Of a DNA stretch of 64,000 nt, positions 1-9,611 are shown in pieces. The notes beneath the pieces are model-generated. The model was not told the origin of the DNA. It searched no databases and saw nothing but the letters and a program-made list of their open reading frames with translations. Where the stretch lies: positions 9,166 to 73,165 of IMG/VR virus record IMGVR_UViG_3300007523_000008; one strand, given 5' to 3'. The translations under genes and the position numbers were made by a program. Position 1 is the stretch's first letter. Every line of letters starts with the position of its first letter. The stretch is from a virus.

Positions 1-728
1 ATATTTCCGACTGCAGTTTGCTCTTGGTTTTTTTCCTAAACGGAGATTGAGCGTCTAATAGAAGTTGACTAAATTCTTTTTGTGTTTCTATACAGCTAAA
101 TTTTAATTCCTTCCCATCAGTTCGTATGTCAGATTCATTTGATAAAAATTTTACCCCTCTCTCCAAAAGTTTTTGTGTATATACATCTATGCTTCCATAG
201 ACTCGATCGAATACACAGGATCTACGGTGTCTAGGTTCACAAATTCCTTTAACTCTATATTCATTTAAACGGAACACAGCTTTCTTTCTCATCTTTTCTC
301 GACTCTCATCGGAAAACTTGAATCCTAGAGTAGATTTATTATGGCCGCTTAAATATTCTCTACCAAAGGGTTGATTGTATGATGAAATCTTGGTCTCTCC
401 ACCACACCCACACTTACACACCAATTTCATTCCGCTTAAGAGCTTTTCTGTAACATACGACTCTTTATTAGTTTTATGTTGTTTAATCAAATGAAAAGGC
501 GGTGGATGTGTAAGTTTTATCATCTCCACACATCAAACATTTATATAGAGTTTTTCCTTCTTTCAATTTTTCCGCTTTTTTTGTGTTTACACGAAAATCT
601 CCAAATTTTTCAATATACTCCACCGTAGTCATACCATTGTGTTTATAATTAAGATGTGTGTGAATGCCATTGGACGGGTGCGTTTCTCTACAAATTTGAC
701 AGACTATTGGTTGAAGTATCCTTTTCAT
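1..728 (-). pseudogene. Frameshifted zinc-finger/NUMOD3-type homing endonuclease-like gene, running off the window edge
   Basis: ORF 483..728 has C2H2-like fingers (CQIC..HLNYKH; CLMC..) and stops at FSFD*. A different frame, open from about 487 to position 2, reads IKQHKTNKESYVTEKLLSGMKLVCKCGCGGETK...YLSGHNKSTLGFKFSDESREKMRER...KSKLQSEI. This completes the second finger and adds CxCGCG and NUMOD3-like motifs. Confidence 0.65.
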
Positions 729-735
729 GTGTTAA

Positions 736-764
736 ATGATATTTATATATAACACAGAAGTCAA
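736..764 (-). promoter_or_regulatory. Sigma70-like promoter TTGACT-N17-TATCAT
   Basis: Read directly on the minus strand just upstream of the ATG at 728. Confidence 0.55.
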
Positions 765-796
765 TATTTATTTAGTAGATTCAAATATTTTTGGAC

Positions 797-825
797 AAAA
801 AAAGGGTGGCCTTTTCGGGCCACCC
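797..825 (-). terminator. Rho-independent terminator after the major capsid gene
   Basis: Minus strand GGGTGGCC-CGAAAA-GGCCACCC followed by T7. Confidence 0.85.
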
Positions 826-864
826 ATTTTGATATAAACGATTAGGATTATCTGGAGTCTACTA

Positions 865-2472
865 TTAGACCTTATCCAAATCACCGATGATGATTTTTCC
901 ATAAAATTCCGGACGAAGCATCTTCTTAGCGTAACGGGTCATTACTCCGCGACGTGGTGTGAAGTTAACTGGGTCATACACTAGAGGTGTTTGAATCAAT
1001 GGAATGTAAGGAGCGTAAACAGCGCCGGTCTCGAGGAAGTTATTTCCACGGAAACCTACGAGCATTACGTTGTCAGTCATGTATGGGTTCTTGTAAACGG
1101 TCCAGCGATTGGAGAGAGCTCCAACCTTGGCCACGCCCATTGCGAACTTAGCCTGGTCACCATCAGTGTTGGTGGAGAATCCAGGGATAGATTCGATGAT
1201 TGTTGCGACGTCAGGCGAGCAAACCAAGAAGTTAGCTCCACCACGAAGGGTGAGCTGGTGAATCTTGTTGGACACCTTTTGAATCTTGTTACCAAGAGTT
1301 TGGAACCATGTGCTCTTCACGTAAGCCGTACGGTTAGTAGCGGTGTCGATGAAAGAACGGGAACCTACGTCGAATTCCTTACCGATAGCAGCCGACCAGT
1401 AGTCGGTTGTTACGGCAGGAGCTGCTGTTACCAACATGTCAAGGATTTCGAGGTCGATTTCCATGGAGACGTATTCGGACAGAAGTGCTGTCAATTCTGC
1501 TTCAGCGTCGATTGAGTGGTAAGCGTTCAAGTCTTGAGCCAATTCTGGGGTCCAGACGGCTTTCAACTTACGTGTCTTAGCAACGATTGCCTCAGACTTC
1601 AACTCTAGGTTGACTTCTGGGATACCGATGTCGGTGTTGAGACCGGACGATCCAGCACTAGCTGTTGTGCCAGTGTCTTCAAAGTCGCCACGTGATGTGT
1701 CGGCAGGTTGGTTGTGATGAGCAACTGTTCCTGTAGAAGCACCGGAGACGGAACCGGAAACAACGAATACTACGTTTGTTCCAGATACGGACGTGAAGGC
1801 TGGGAAGAAATCTACGATGCCGGAACCGCTGACGGTAAAGGCGCGAGCACCATTAGCATCGAACGATGTAGCTGACAAGTCAGCTGTGACAGTCCAGATT
1901 TTGTTAGCAGCAACCGAAGCGCTGAGGTTAACATCGAAGTTAACGTCTTCATTTGAACCTGTGGCCCATGTGAAGGTGACGCCTGTAGCGGTTTGGTCAT
2001 TGATTGTGTAACCGAAACGACCTTGGCCGTAAAGACCATTTGTAGCGGAATCCGTAGAACCGAGCTTTGTTCCAGTACCACCGAACAGGGACTGTCCGTT
2101 GAATGCTGGTTTACCGGCTTGTGCTGTACCGTACTTGAAGTCCAAGTAGAACACGAGACCAGATGGGAGATTCATTGGTTGAACCGAAACGAATTCCTTA
2201 GCTGCGATTTCTGCGAACACACGACGAACCAATGGGAGAGCAACGCCGGCCCATTGTTCGGAGTTCGATGTTGTACCTGTACGGGTAGCTTCATCGATAA
2301 GTTGCTTTGCTTGATTCTCTAAAAGAATCGCCATGTGCGACTTGTCCATATCGGACTTGACGCCCTCGAGCAGTCCAGTCTTTTCCCACTTATTGACAAG
2401 GCCGCGGGTTTGGGCCATGAGCTGAACCATTGGGTTCGCTGTCTCACTGAGTAGTGATTTAATATCTGACAT
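865..2472 (-). CDS. gp23: Major capsid protein, T4 gp23-like
   Basis: Motifs KWEKTGLL, LLENQ, LPLVRRV, VQPM..PSGLVFYLDF, AKTRKLKA.WT.ELAQDL.A.H.IDAEAEL, YAPYIPL, DP.NFTP.RG.MTRY. Confidence 0.95.
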   Translation of the reverse strand: MSDIKSLLSETANPMVQLMAQTRGLVNKWEKTGLLEGVKSDMDKSHMAILLENQAKQLIDEATRTGTTSNSEQWAGVALPLVRRVFAEIAAKEFVSVQPMNLPSGLVFYLDFKYGTAQAGKPAFNGQSLFGGTGTKLGSTDSATNGLYGQGRFGYTINDQTATGVTFTWATGSNEDVNFDVNLSASVAANKIWTVTADLSATSFDANGARAFTVSGSGIVDFFPAFTSVSGTNVVFVVSGSVSGASTGTVAHHNQPADTSRGDFEDTGTTASAGSSGLNTDIGIPEVNLELKSEAIVAKTRKLKAVWTPELAQDLNAYHSIDAEAELTALLSEYVSMEIDLEILDMLVTAAPAVTTDYWSAAIGKEFDVGSRSFIDTATNRTAYVKSTWFQTLGNKIQKVSNKIHQLTLRGGANFLVCSPDVATIIESIPGFSTNTDGDQAKFAMGVAKVGALSNRWTVYKNPYMTDNVMLVGFRGNNFLETGAVYAPYIPLIQTPLVYDPVNFTPRRGVMTRYAKKMLRPEFYGKIIIGDLDKV

Positions 2473-2495
2473 AATTTTTTGTTTCCTTTTAAGGG

Positions 2496-3758
2496 TTATT
2501 TGATACGAATACCGGCCAATTTTTGGAAGCGGGATGCCATTTCGGCTCCCTCTGTCAATAATGCAGCAGGCTTTGTCGGTTTGGTTGATGCAACTGTTTT
2601 CGATGCGAGACCTTCAGTGATGCTCTTAACCGTGGCCTTCGTGGAAGGCTTGGTCTTGACACCGAAATTAAGCGACTCAGACAACGTAGCGTAGATGAGT
2701 TTGGCTTCACGAACCGATTTCGTGAGGTCAAATGATTCAATAACACTGAGTTTTTGCTCGTTCGTGAGGCTGGTCTTCTTGAACAACTTGTTCGTGTAGA
2801 GCAACTTCGCGTTGAGCAGGTTAACTTCATTGATGCGGTCCCGTAAATACTGAACAGTGTTACGGTATTCTTGTAATTCCGCTTTCAAGGAAATGTTTTC
2901 TTTCATCCATGGTTCTTTATTACCACGGTCTTCTTTATCTTCTTTTTCCTCTTCCATGTCGTCTTCCTCGTCATCTTCGTCATTATCGTCAGATTCAAAG
3001 AGACCGGAGAGGTCAATTTCTTCGTCTTCTTCACAAACTGCTGGGGCAGCTGGCGCCTCTTGTGGTGCGCCACTTAGTTGTGGTTCGGACAATTCGGATG
3101 AAGTAGCTTGATGAACTTCGTTTTCAAGTTCTTTTAGAATTTCATCGAGCGTTTGATCGTCGATTTCGTCTTCAGCGTCTACTTCTTTAAGTGGGGAGGT
3201 GCCGGAGTCGGTCTTCTTCAAGCCTTGGGAAACTTCCTTCGAAGCTCCTTGTGGGTCTTTGGAGATAGAGGCGACTTCACGGTCAACAATGGTTTTTCCA
3301 GCTGTCTTCTCATGTGGTTCACCAGCGGTCAAGCTTGTAGCAGCCTTTTTAAAGGTCTTTGCTACTGTAGGACCCTGTGGGTCTTCCGTCTTGTGTCCGG
3401 TTGGAGCACCTTTAAGAGCGACATCTGTGTCTTCACACATGTTTTGATCCACTGAGTCTGGGTTTCCAGCACCAAATGGTTGATATTCTTCGAGTGATTC
3501 CTCATCATCGAATGAAGGCTCTTGTGGAGCAACTTCACCTTCTGGTGGGGCGACGTCGAAGGCTGCTGGGGCTTCAACTGGTAGAGCTGGAGCTTCAAGA
3601 CTTTCTTCGTCGTCACTGATTTCTTGCTGGAGCTTTGCAGACAGCATACTTTGAAGTTTAGGCGTGAAAGCCTCTTCAAGAGCTGCGCGAGCGTTGGCAA
3701 GAGCTGTTGCTCGGACTGCTTTCGCGTCGGCAATGGCTGCTTTTAATAGTTCTGACAT
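2496..3758 (-). CDS. Prohead core/scaffolding protein
   Basis: Directly upstream of the capsid gene. Acidic low-complexity centre, coiled-coil C-terminus (INEVNLLNAKLLY) and a C-terminal RFQKLAGI. Several L/I-x-E potential protease sites. Confidence 0.75.
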   Translation of the reverse strand: MSELLKAAIADAKAVRATALANARAALEEAFTPKLQSMLSAKLQQEISDDEESLEAPALPVEAPAAFDVAPPEGEVAPQEPSFDDEESLEEYQPFGAGNPDSVDQNMCEDTDVALKGAPTGHKTEDPQGPTVAKTFKKAATSLTAGEPHEKTAGKTIVDREVASISKDPQGASKEVSQGLKKTDSGTSPLKEVDAEDEIDDQTLDEILKELENEVHQATSSELSEPQLSGAPQEAPAAPAVCEEDEEIDLSGLFESDDNDEDDEEDDMEEEKEDKEDRGNKEPWMKENISLKAELQEYRNTVQYLRDRINEVNLLNAKLLYTNKLFKKTSLTNEQKLSVIESFDLTKSVREAKLIYATLSESLNFGVKTKPSTKATVKSITEGLASKTVASTKPTKPAALLTEGAEMASRFQKLAGIRIK

Positions 3759-3782
3759 AGTTTTTGTATTCCTTTATTAAGG

Positions 3783-3857
3783 TGAAGCTATTAGAACTTC
3801 AAAAGTGGTTAAATCTCACTCGCGCCAAATAGTTAGCGCATTTTGTAATGATAAATA
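3783..3857 (-). promoter_or_regulatory. Late-type motif (TATTTAT) followed by three hairpins in the 5' leader of the scaffold-capsid operon
   Basis: Minus strand: TATTTAT (3851-3857), then GCGCTAA-CTAT-TTGGCGC, AGTG-N9-CACT, TGAAGTT-CTAAT-AGCTTCA, then AAGGA and ATG. Confidence 0.5.
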
Positions 3858-3929
3858 GTTAAAATATGTAAAAACTTGATTTTTTTAAAGAAAATATCAA
3901 TAGTTATTTAGTAATAGCAGAGGCAAAAC

Positions 3930-5576
3930 ATGATAACATTAACTTGTAAAAATTGCGGCGAAACATTTCAATCGAGAAAATCATCCAAGACACACTGTTC
4001 TAATATGTGCTTCTCAGAGTGGAGAAAAAAGCCGCAAGTGATAATAGAAACAAACCGTCGCCGGGAAGAAACCACCGTTGCAAAATATGGGGTAAAAAAT
4101 GTTGCGATGGCTCAGTCGTCTATAGAAAAGGCAAAGAAAACATGCTTGGAAAAATATGGATGTATATCTCCAACATTGAATGTGGACATAAGAAAAAAAC
4201 AAATTGTGACATGTGTAGAAAAATATGGAGAGGATAATCCTCAAAAAAATAAAGATGTACAATTTCGACAGAGGCAAACACTATTGAAAAATTTTGGCGT
4301 TATTGTACCACTAAAGTCTAAGGTAATCTTAGATAGGATGCAGAAAACAAATCTTGCGAAGTTCGGTGTAGATAATCCATTAAAATCTAAGAAAATTCAA
4401 AAAAGAATTAAAAAAACAAATTTTAAAAAATACGGAACAACGGTCCCAATCAGAAACGCTGATGTGAAAATTCGCCAAAAAGCTACACTTTCACAAACAT
4501 ATTATTTCCAAATAAAAAAACGGTTGGAAGAAAAAGGGATAGTTCCGCTCTTCAAAGTTGAAGAGTATACTAATATGGTTGGTTACAAGGAATATACTTT
4601 TCAGTGTGAAAAATGCAAAAATAAATTTCAAGACTGTTTAAATCACGGTCACGTTCCACGGTGTACTACTTGCTATCCAACAAATAATAATTCATTATTA
4701 GAAAGAGAGGTAAAGGAATTTTTAGAGACTATAGTTGGAAAAGATGATATAGAAGAAAAAAATAGAACGATACTTTCCGGCCTCGAACTAGATTTTTTAA
4801 TAAAGTCAAAAAATATTGCTATTGAAGTGAATGGAAATTACTGGCACTCCGAATTGAACGGTAAAAAATATAAAAATTATCATATCAATAAGACCCAACG
4901 GTGTGAGAAACTGGGTATTCATCTTTTGCACATTTTTGAAGATGAATGGATTAATAAAAGAAATATTATCGAAGACAGAATCCGTCGAATTGTAGGATAT
5001 GCTACGTCAGAAAATATATACGCTAGACAATGTGATATAAAATTAATCACGTCAAAGGAGTCAAACGCTTTTTTAGAAAAAACACACCTCCAAGGAGGAG
5101 ATAAATCATCTATACGCTACGGGGCTTATTATGAAAATTCTTTAATTGGAGTAATTACATTCGGGAAACCTCGCATCGCATTGGGTAATAAATTTTATTC
5201 TAAAGATGAATATGAATTGTGTCGATTTTGTACAACCGGCACCGTTGTTGGGCTTCTATCGAGATTTGTGAGCCGGTTTATTTCTGATCATTCGCCACAG
5301 AAAATAACAACATATGCTGATAGGCGATTTTCGACAAAATCTAAATGTGCATATTCAAGGGTTGGTTTCGTGTTTGATAAAGAAACACAGCCAAACTACT
5401 GGTATCTAAATAAGAGGTATTCAATTCGTGAACACCGTTTTAAATATAGAAAGTCTGAATTAAAAAGAATATTAGGTTCCTTTGACAGTACATTGACTGA
5501 GTGGGAAAATATGAAAACCGCTGGGTTTGATAGAATATGGGATTGTGGTAATTTAAAGTATGTCTGGAATACGTGA
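3930..5576 (+). CDS. Free-standing Hef-like (PD-(D/E)xK/Vsr-like) homing endonuclease with KYG repeats
   Basis: N-terminal CxxC..CSxxC, repeated T.L.KYG/FGV..P units, Zn ribbon, ELDF...IAIEVNGNYWH..H..IFEDEW nuclease core, and a C-terminal GNAT-like YELCRF..TYADRR..IWDCG region. It is the only plus-strand gene in the window. Confidence 0.8.
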   Translation: MITLTCKNCGETFQSRKSSKTHCSNMCFSEWRKKPQVIIETNRRREETTVAKYGVKNVAMAQSSIEKAKKTCLEKYGCISPTLNVDIRKKQIVTCVEKYGEDNPQKNKDVQFRQRQTLLKNFGVIVPLKSKVILDRMQKTNLAKFGVDNPLKSKKIQKRIKKTNFKKYGTTVPIRNADVKIRQKATLSQTYYFQIKKRLEEKGIVPLFKVEEYTNMVGYKEYTFQCEKCKNKFQDCLNHGHVPRCTTCYPTNNNSLLEREVKEFLETIVGKDDIEEKNRTILSGLELDFLIKSKNIAIEVNGNYWHSELNGKKYKNYHINKTQRCEKLGIHLLHIFEDEWINKRNIIEDRIRRIVGYATSENIYARQCDIKLITSKESNAFLEKTHLQGGDKSSIRYGAYYENSLIGVITFGKPRIALGNKFYSKDEYELCRFCTTGTVVGLLSRFVSRFISDHSPQKITTYADRRFSTKSKCAYSRVGFVFDKETQPNYWYLNKRYSIREHRFKYRKSELKRILGSFDSTLTEWENMKTAGFDRIWDCGNLKYVWNT

Positions 5577-5795
5577 CTCAATAGCAAGGATTTTTCCCGC
5601 GCCGTCGTGATTTAATACCAACCGAACGCCATTTACATTGAATAGGAATGGACCATTGCCAGAGATTTTAACAATCTCACAGTCTTCATTGAATCCAAAT
5701 TCACGGACTCGAGTTTGAAAATCAATAGTTCCGAGAATTGTCAATATGCGGTATCGTGCACCAATCGCCATCTGACAAATTGGTTTGATTACCAT
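5553..5795 (-). CDS. feoA: FeoA-domain (SH3-like) protein
   Basis: The pattern PI..M..G...RI..I.G......RV.EFGF.....I......GP....VNG.RLVL....A.KI and the 80-aa length match FeoA domains. Confidence 0.65.
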   Translation of the reverse strand: MVIKPICQMAIGARYRILTILGTIDFQTRVREFGFNEDCEIVKISGNGPFLFNVNGVRLVLNHDGAGKILAIESRIPDIL

Positions 5796-5819
5796 GATAA
5801 GGAGAACTTAGTTCTTCTT

Positions 5820-6278
5820 TTACTCTCTCATCGGCGACTGTGCGCCAGCAGAAAGAGAATCCATCTCACCCTCACTAGCCTCAATTTTTGATTCTGCTAC
5901 ATTATCCTTAATATCAAAATATCGATTTAGTACATGTCCCATGTCTTCGTAAAGAGCTTCCATACGTTGTTCAACCACGTAACTCTCACGGGCGAGTTTT
6001 CCAAATTCACCACTGCAACGGCTGAGTTCCTTCATATTACGGCCGACTGTATTTTTATCAAACATATCTCCGGTTTCGTTCATGGTGAAACGCTCAGCTG
6101 ATTTGGCAATCTCCTGTAGGGTCTGTGCAATTTCCATAAGATTTTGTTCACGTCGAAGCGCCTTACCATACTCGTTGTATTTACCAATCATTTCAAGAGC
6201 GGCCTTCTTTTCTTCGAGGGACCAGTCATTTTGTTTGTTTGCGAATCCTTCTACGAGATTTCTTAGTTTCATGTTCAT
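5820..6278 (-). CDS. Hypothetical helical protein, probable internal head protein
   Basis: 152-aa ORF in the head module with N-terminal MKLRNLVE leader-like motif. Confidence 0.6.
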   Translation of the reverse strand: MNMKLRNLVEGFANKQNDWSLEEKKAALEMIGKYNEYGKALRREQNLMEIAQTLQEIAKSAERFTMNETGDMFDKNTVGRNMKELSRCSGEFGKLARESYVVEQRMEALYEDMGHVLNRYFDIKDNVAESKIEASEGEMDSLSAGAQSPMRE

Positions 6279-6298
6279 TTGTAATCCTTATGGGTAAA

Positions 6299-6979
6299 TT
6301 ATGCTGGTGCCTGTTGTTTTCCTATCATGCCACCCATCGATGAGAGCAGCTCGGCGACTCCTGGAATATTCTTAAAAGGAATCATTTCGTCTGAAAAATT
6401 CTGGAATTCTTCTTGGTCCTGTATTTTTAGCTTCTGAACCATCTCGGTTGCTAGAGAGTCAATCGTGTTGGTTTTCTGTGCCGAGTCTACAAGTTTTCCA
6501 AGAAGGAAACTGGTTCCACCATTTGAATTTAGGTGTACATAAGATTGCGTTTCGAGTTCCTTTTCAGCTTCACCTTTTTCAGCCTTAGCCTTCTCCAACT
6601 CAGCTTTAGCTTTTAGAGCATCATCTTGCGCTTGGGAGACTTCTTCCCCAGAGTCTTCTGCTGGAGGGGCTTCTTGACCTTGCGGGGCTTGTGGGGCTTT
6701 CGGGGCTTCTTGATTGGCAAAAGCGTTGCCGGTTCCCCGTGGAGGATTTGCCTTTGGCTCGGTTGGACTGCTGGCCGGTTCTTGCTGAGCATCTGCTCCA
6801 TCCATTTCTGTATCTTGTTCATCAGGTTCTTTAACATCGTTTTGTGCCTCTAGTTTAAGGGTTCTCTTCTTAGACTCTGCAAGCATTCCCCAACTTAAAT
6901 CGAGGCGGCCAGTTGTTGTCTTGCTTGAAATCTGACGTAAGATTTCTTTAAAATTTGGATTGGTTTTGAAGTCACTCAT
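6299..6979 (-). CDS. Hypothetical protein, head module
   Basis: 226-aa ORF with an acidic/Pro-Gln linker. TATTTATA lies just upstream of the ATG. Confidence 0.6.
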   Translation of the reverse strand: MSDFKTNPNFKEILRQISSKTTTGRLDLSWGMLAESKKRTLKLEAQNDVKEPDEQDTEMDGADAQQEPASSPTEPKANPPRGTGNAFANQEAPKAPQAPQGQEAPPAEDSGEEVSQAQDDALKAKAELEKAKAEKGEAEKELETQSYVHLNSNGGTSFLLGKLVDSAQKTNTIDSLATEMVQKLKIQDQEEFQNFSDEMIPFKNIPGVAELLSSMGGMIGKQQAPA

Positions 6980-6995
6980 GGTTATAAATATGGAA

Positions 6996-7571
6996 TTATT
7001 TAGATAAACGACGTTCGTTGATAACTTCGAGTATGGTTTTTTTGATTATTTCCCTTAATTGTTCGGTGGAAACGTTATTCGCCGGCTCTACTTCAGTATA
7101 GTCTATACCGATTAATTTACCGCCGAAGTTAACGTTCATGTGTTTACTTCCATTAAATAAACGTTGGACCTTTCCAATTTTACCTTCCAATTCCCCCAAG
7201 GCTTTACGCCAGGCGAATTGGTTAGTTGTGTATCCCATATGGGCTGGGACAGAACTGGCGTGTCTTCCCAAGGCATCTTTTCTTAATTTGACTTCATCTC
7301 CGATTTTATATGGATTCTTCATTGTAATTGTAATTGTTTCTAATCTAAATTCTTCTGTTCTATCACCCGTCCCACCACAGTCTGAACATTGAATCTGACC
7401 TGATCCATTATTTATACCTGTAGTAAACCAACCTTGCCCGCCACACGTTTTACAACGCCCAACGGGTTGAGCGCCTGTTCCGGCCTTTACAGACGCTCCA
7501 CTAAAATCTTGGACTTCTCCGGGCTCTATTTCTAAATTCCTCGCAACCTCAGACTGTATTTTGTGAACCAT
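6996..7571 (-). CDS. Hypothetical protein with DnaJ-type Zn finger and SH3/KOW-like domain
   Basis: CKTCGGQG and CSDCGGTG repeats; YKIGDEVKL...GKIGKV; C-terminal EQLREIIKKTILEVINE. Confidence 0.55.
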   Translation of the reverse strand: MVHKIQSEVARNLEIEPGEVQDFSGASVKAGTGAQPVGRCKTCGGQGWFTTGINNGSGQIQCSDCGGTGDRTEEFRLETITITMKNPYKIGDEVKLRKDALGRHASSVPAHMGYTTNQFAWRKALGELEGKIGKVQRLFNGSKHMNVNFGGKLIGIDYTEVEPANNVSTEQLREIIKKTILEVINERRLSK

Positions 7572-7597
7572 TTTATAAGACGGAAAATCTTTAAGAA

Positions 7598-7897
7598 TTA
7601 TTGTAGGTAGTGTTCGTGTGCAATATCATTAACCAATTCCCCATTCTCTTCGCCGAATCGTTGACACTCATCTTCCGACAAGGGTGTGCCATCCACATAT
7701 GATGCCGCTTCGACAAATGAATCTGAAAAATCTGGATAATCCCTCGGGTCAACATCACCAATTTTGATTGTACTTGGATCAACAAATCTACCATTAAAAG
7801 GAATAGGATGGCCAGACGACTCATTCAGAGTCTTCTTCTCTTCTCTAATTTCACAAACAATTTCTTTAATCAATTTTTTTAGTTGGCTCTTTTTCAT
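7598..7897 (-). CDS. Hypothetical protein, probable internal head protein
   Basis: N-terminal MKKSQLKKLIKEIV leader followed by an acidic DVDPRDYPDFSD domain. Confidence 0.6.
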   Translation of the reverse strand: MKKSQLKKLIKEIVCEIREEKKTLNESSGHPIPFNGRFVDPSTIKIGDVDPRDYPDFSDSFVEAASYVDGTPLSEDECQRFGEENGELVNDIAHEHYLQ

Positions 7898-7912
7898 AAC
7901 AGTTGACGCGGG

Positions 7913-8542
7913 TTATCGGGTCTCAGATATAATATCTCTGATGATGTTTTCGATGTTCAAATACTTGTCAATCGCTTGGCGGTTTCCTTCACCGAGTAAT
8001 TTTTTTGAATGGTCGATTGATTCATTCAAATTCATGTAAGCTCCGCGTGTTGATGGAGAGGATACTAAGTCAAAGCAGAGAAGCTCGAAATCGTCCTGAA
8101 CCTCAACAGTGTTCTCTGCCATCTGACGAACCGAACCGAGTCCTCTAGAAGAAATACCAAGTCGGACATTATTCTTAACCAATTCACGAGCAATGTTACC
8201 CGATGGAGTTGTAAGAATTTCAATTGTTCCTACAACATCTTCTCCTTCCCAGTGACATTCGACGATGTTGTGCGATACATTTTTTAAATTGATAACTGAC
8301 GAATCTGGGTGGTCAAGTTCACCGAGTGCACGCCGTTCTCTAATAATTTGTTGGTATTTTTCAACCTCGCGTTGGAGAATGTGTTTTGGGTACACACGTC
8401 CATTGTGATTCTTTTGACCAGCTTTTTGAAGAATGCCTTTTAAAGAAAAAACGCCGTTTGTAGACGTTTTTGCTTCGTTAATCATCTGTGGGGTGATTTC
8501 GAAGGGGATGAAATCTACCAAGAGTTGTCGTGTTTCGCTCAT
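7913..8542 (-). CDS. gp21: Prohead core protease, T4 gp21-like (peptidase U9/S77)
   Basis: N.NGRVYP, ALGELDHP, VSH, TPSG.I, GISSRGLGS, FDLVSSPST.GA. Confidence 0.95.
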   Translation of the reverse strand: MSETRQLLVDFIPFEITPQMINEAKTSTNGVFSLKGILQKAGQKNHNGRVYPKHILQREVEKYQQIIRERRALGELDHPDSSVINLKNVSHNIVECHWEGEDVVGTIEILTTPSGNIARELVKNNVRLGISSRGLGSVRQMAENTVEVQDDFELLCFDLVSSPSTRGAYMNLNESIDHSKKLLGEGNRQAIDKYLNIENIIRDIISETR

Positions 8543-9117
8543 TATGATCTTCCTATGTTAGCTGGTGAACTAAGCCCCATTGTTTGTGGATAAGCCATGT
8601 TGGTTCTTTGTCCAACTCCTGGGTCCTTAGATGGGTCTTGTGGTGGTGTAACATTTGTTACTTCTGGAGAATCTTGAGAGTCAACTTCTGTGCTTGTTGC
8701 TCCAACTTTAATTTTGAATGCTGGATTGACGAAGTAGTCTTTTTTATCCTTGTCTTTAACGACCACATAGTACTCATCATTCATATACGAAACATCGAGG
8801 CCTGTAACCGTGACCGTGTAATCCTTTTGAATTTGACCAACAGCACCCTTAGAAGCGCGAACGGTCGCTGTCTTATTTAGAAGATTCTTAGATAGCATTG
8901 CTACTAAATTCTTCTTCGCAGCCTCCACTTGTTTATCTACAGTAGTTTCAAATGTCTGAAAGTCGCTTAGCACATCATAGTACTTCGTAGCCTCAGATGG
9001 TTGATTCGTATCAGGAGCTGATGGTACTGGAGACGATGAAGCGTCGGCTGGATTCGCGCCGTTCTGTGCTGTGATTTCCTCTTTGAGAATGTTTTTAGCG
9101 ATGGTGGATAGTTTCAT
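8542..9117 (-). CDS. Hypothetical protein, probable internal head protein
   Basis: 191-aa ORF coupled to the protease gene; N-terminal MKLSTIAKNILKEE. Confidence 0.6.
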   Translation of the reverse strand: MKLSTIAKNILKEEITAQNGANPADASSSPVPSAPDTNQPSEATKYYDVLSDFQTFETTVDKQVEAAKKNLVAMLSKNLLNKTATVRASKGAVGQIQKDYTVTVTGLDVSYMNDEYYVVVKDKDKKDYFVNPAFKIKVGATSTEVDSQDSPEVTNVTPPQDPSKDPGVGQRTNMAYPQTMGLSSPANIGRS

Positions 9118-9119
9118 AT

Positions 9120-9611
9120 TTATTTTCCTACACGATTGATTTTTTTAGCGATATTTTTCAATCGGCTGTGAATTTCTTGGATATCTTGGGCGCTCCGTTT
9201 CCAAAGCTGAGACTGATCCACGCCAGTTTCCAACTTTAACCGCTCACAAATCCCAACTAAAAATTCAACTTCCCGTATAATCTTCTTTGCTTCACGGATA
9301 CCAAGTGACACTTTAGAGTGGCTCTTCATCACGTTACTCTCTCTAAAATTATAATAACGGCCCTTACCTTCTTCCAGGCTTCGTGTAATGATTGATGGAT
9401 TTTCGATATCTACATCGTCGGTGATTTCTTCGCCGACCACTTTTCCTCCTGGCATCGACCGGACGGCAATTTTTTTCTTTCGCTTAGCATCACTTGCTCC
9501 ACCTTGAAATGCATTCGGTGTGCTATATGGCCCGGCCGCACCGGAGGTTGTCATCTCTTCGACGACTTCTTCTATAACCTCGCGGATAAGTTTCTTTAGC
9601 TCAGCCTTCAT
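9120..9611 (-). CDS. Hypothetical protein, probable internal head protein
   Basis: N-terminal MKAELKKLIREVIEEVVEE followed by MTTSGAAGPYSTPNAF. Confidence 0.6.
   Translation of the reverse strand: MKAELKKLIREVIEEVVEEMTTSGAAGPYSTPNAFQGGASDAKRKKKIAVRSMPGGKVVGEEITDDVDIENPSIITRSLEEGKGRYYNFRESNVMKSHSKVSLGIREAKKIIREVEFLVGICERLKLETGVDQSQLWKRSAQDIQEIHSRLKNIAKKINRVGK

Noticed and set aside
991-3733. Alternative-frame ORFs overlapping the capsid and scaffold genes
   Set aside because: They lie fully within highly conserved genes and show no recognisable motifs; they are by-products of codon bias.
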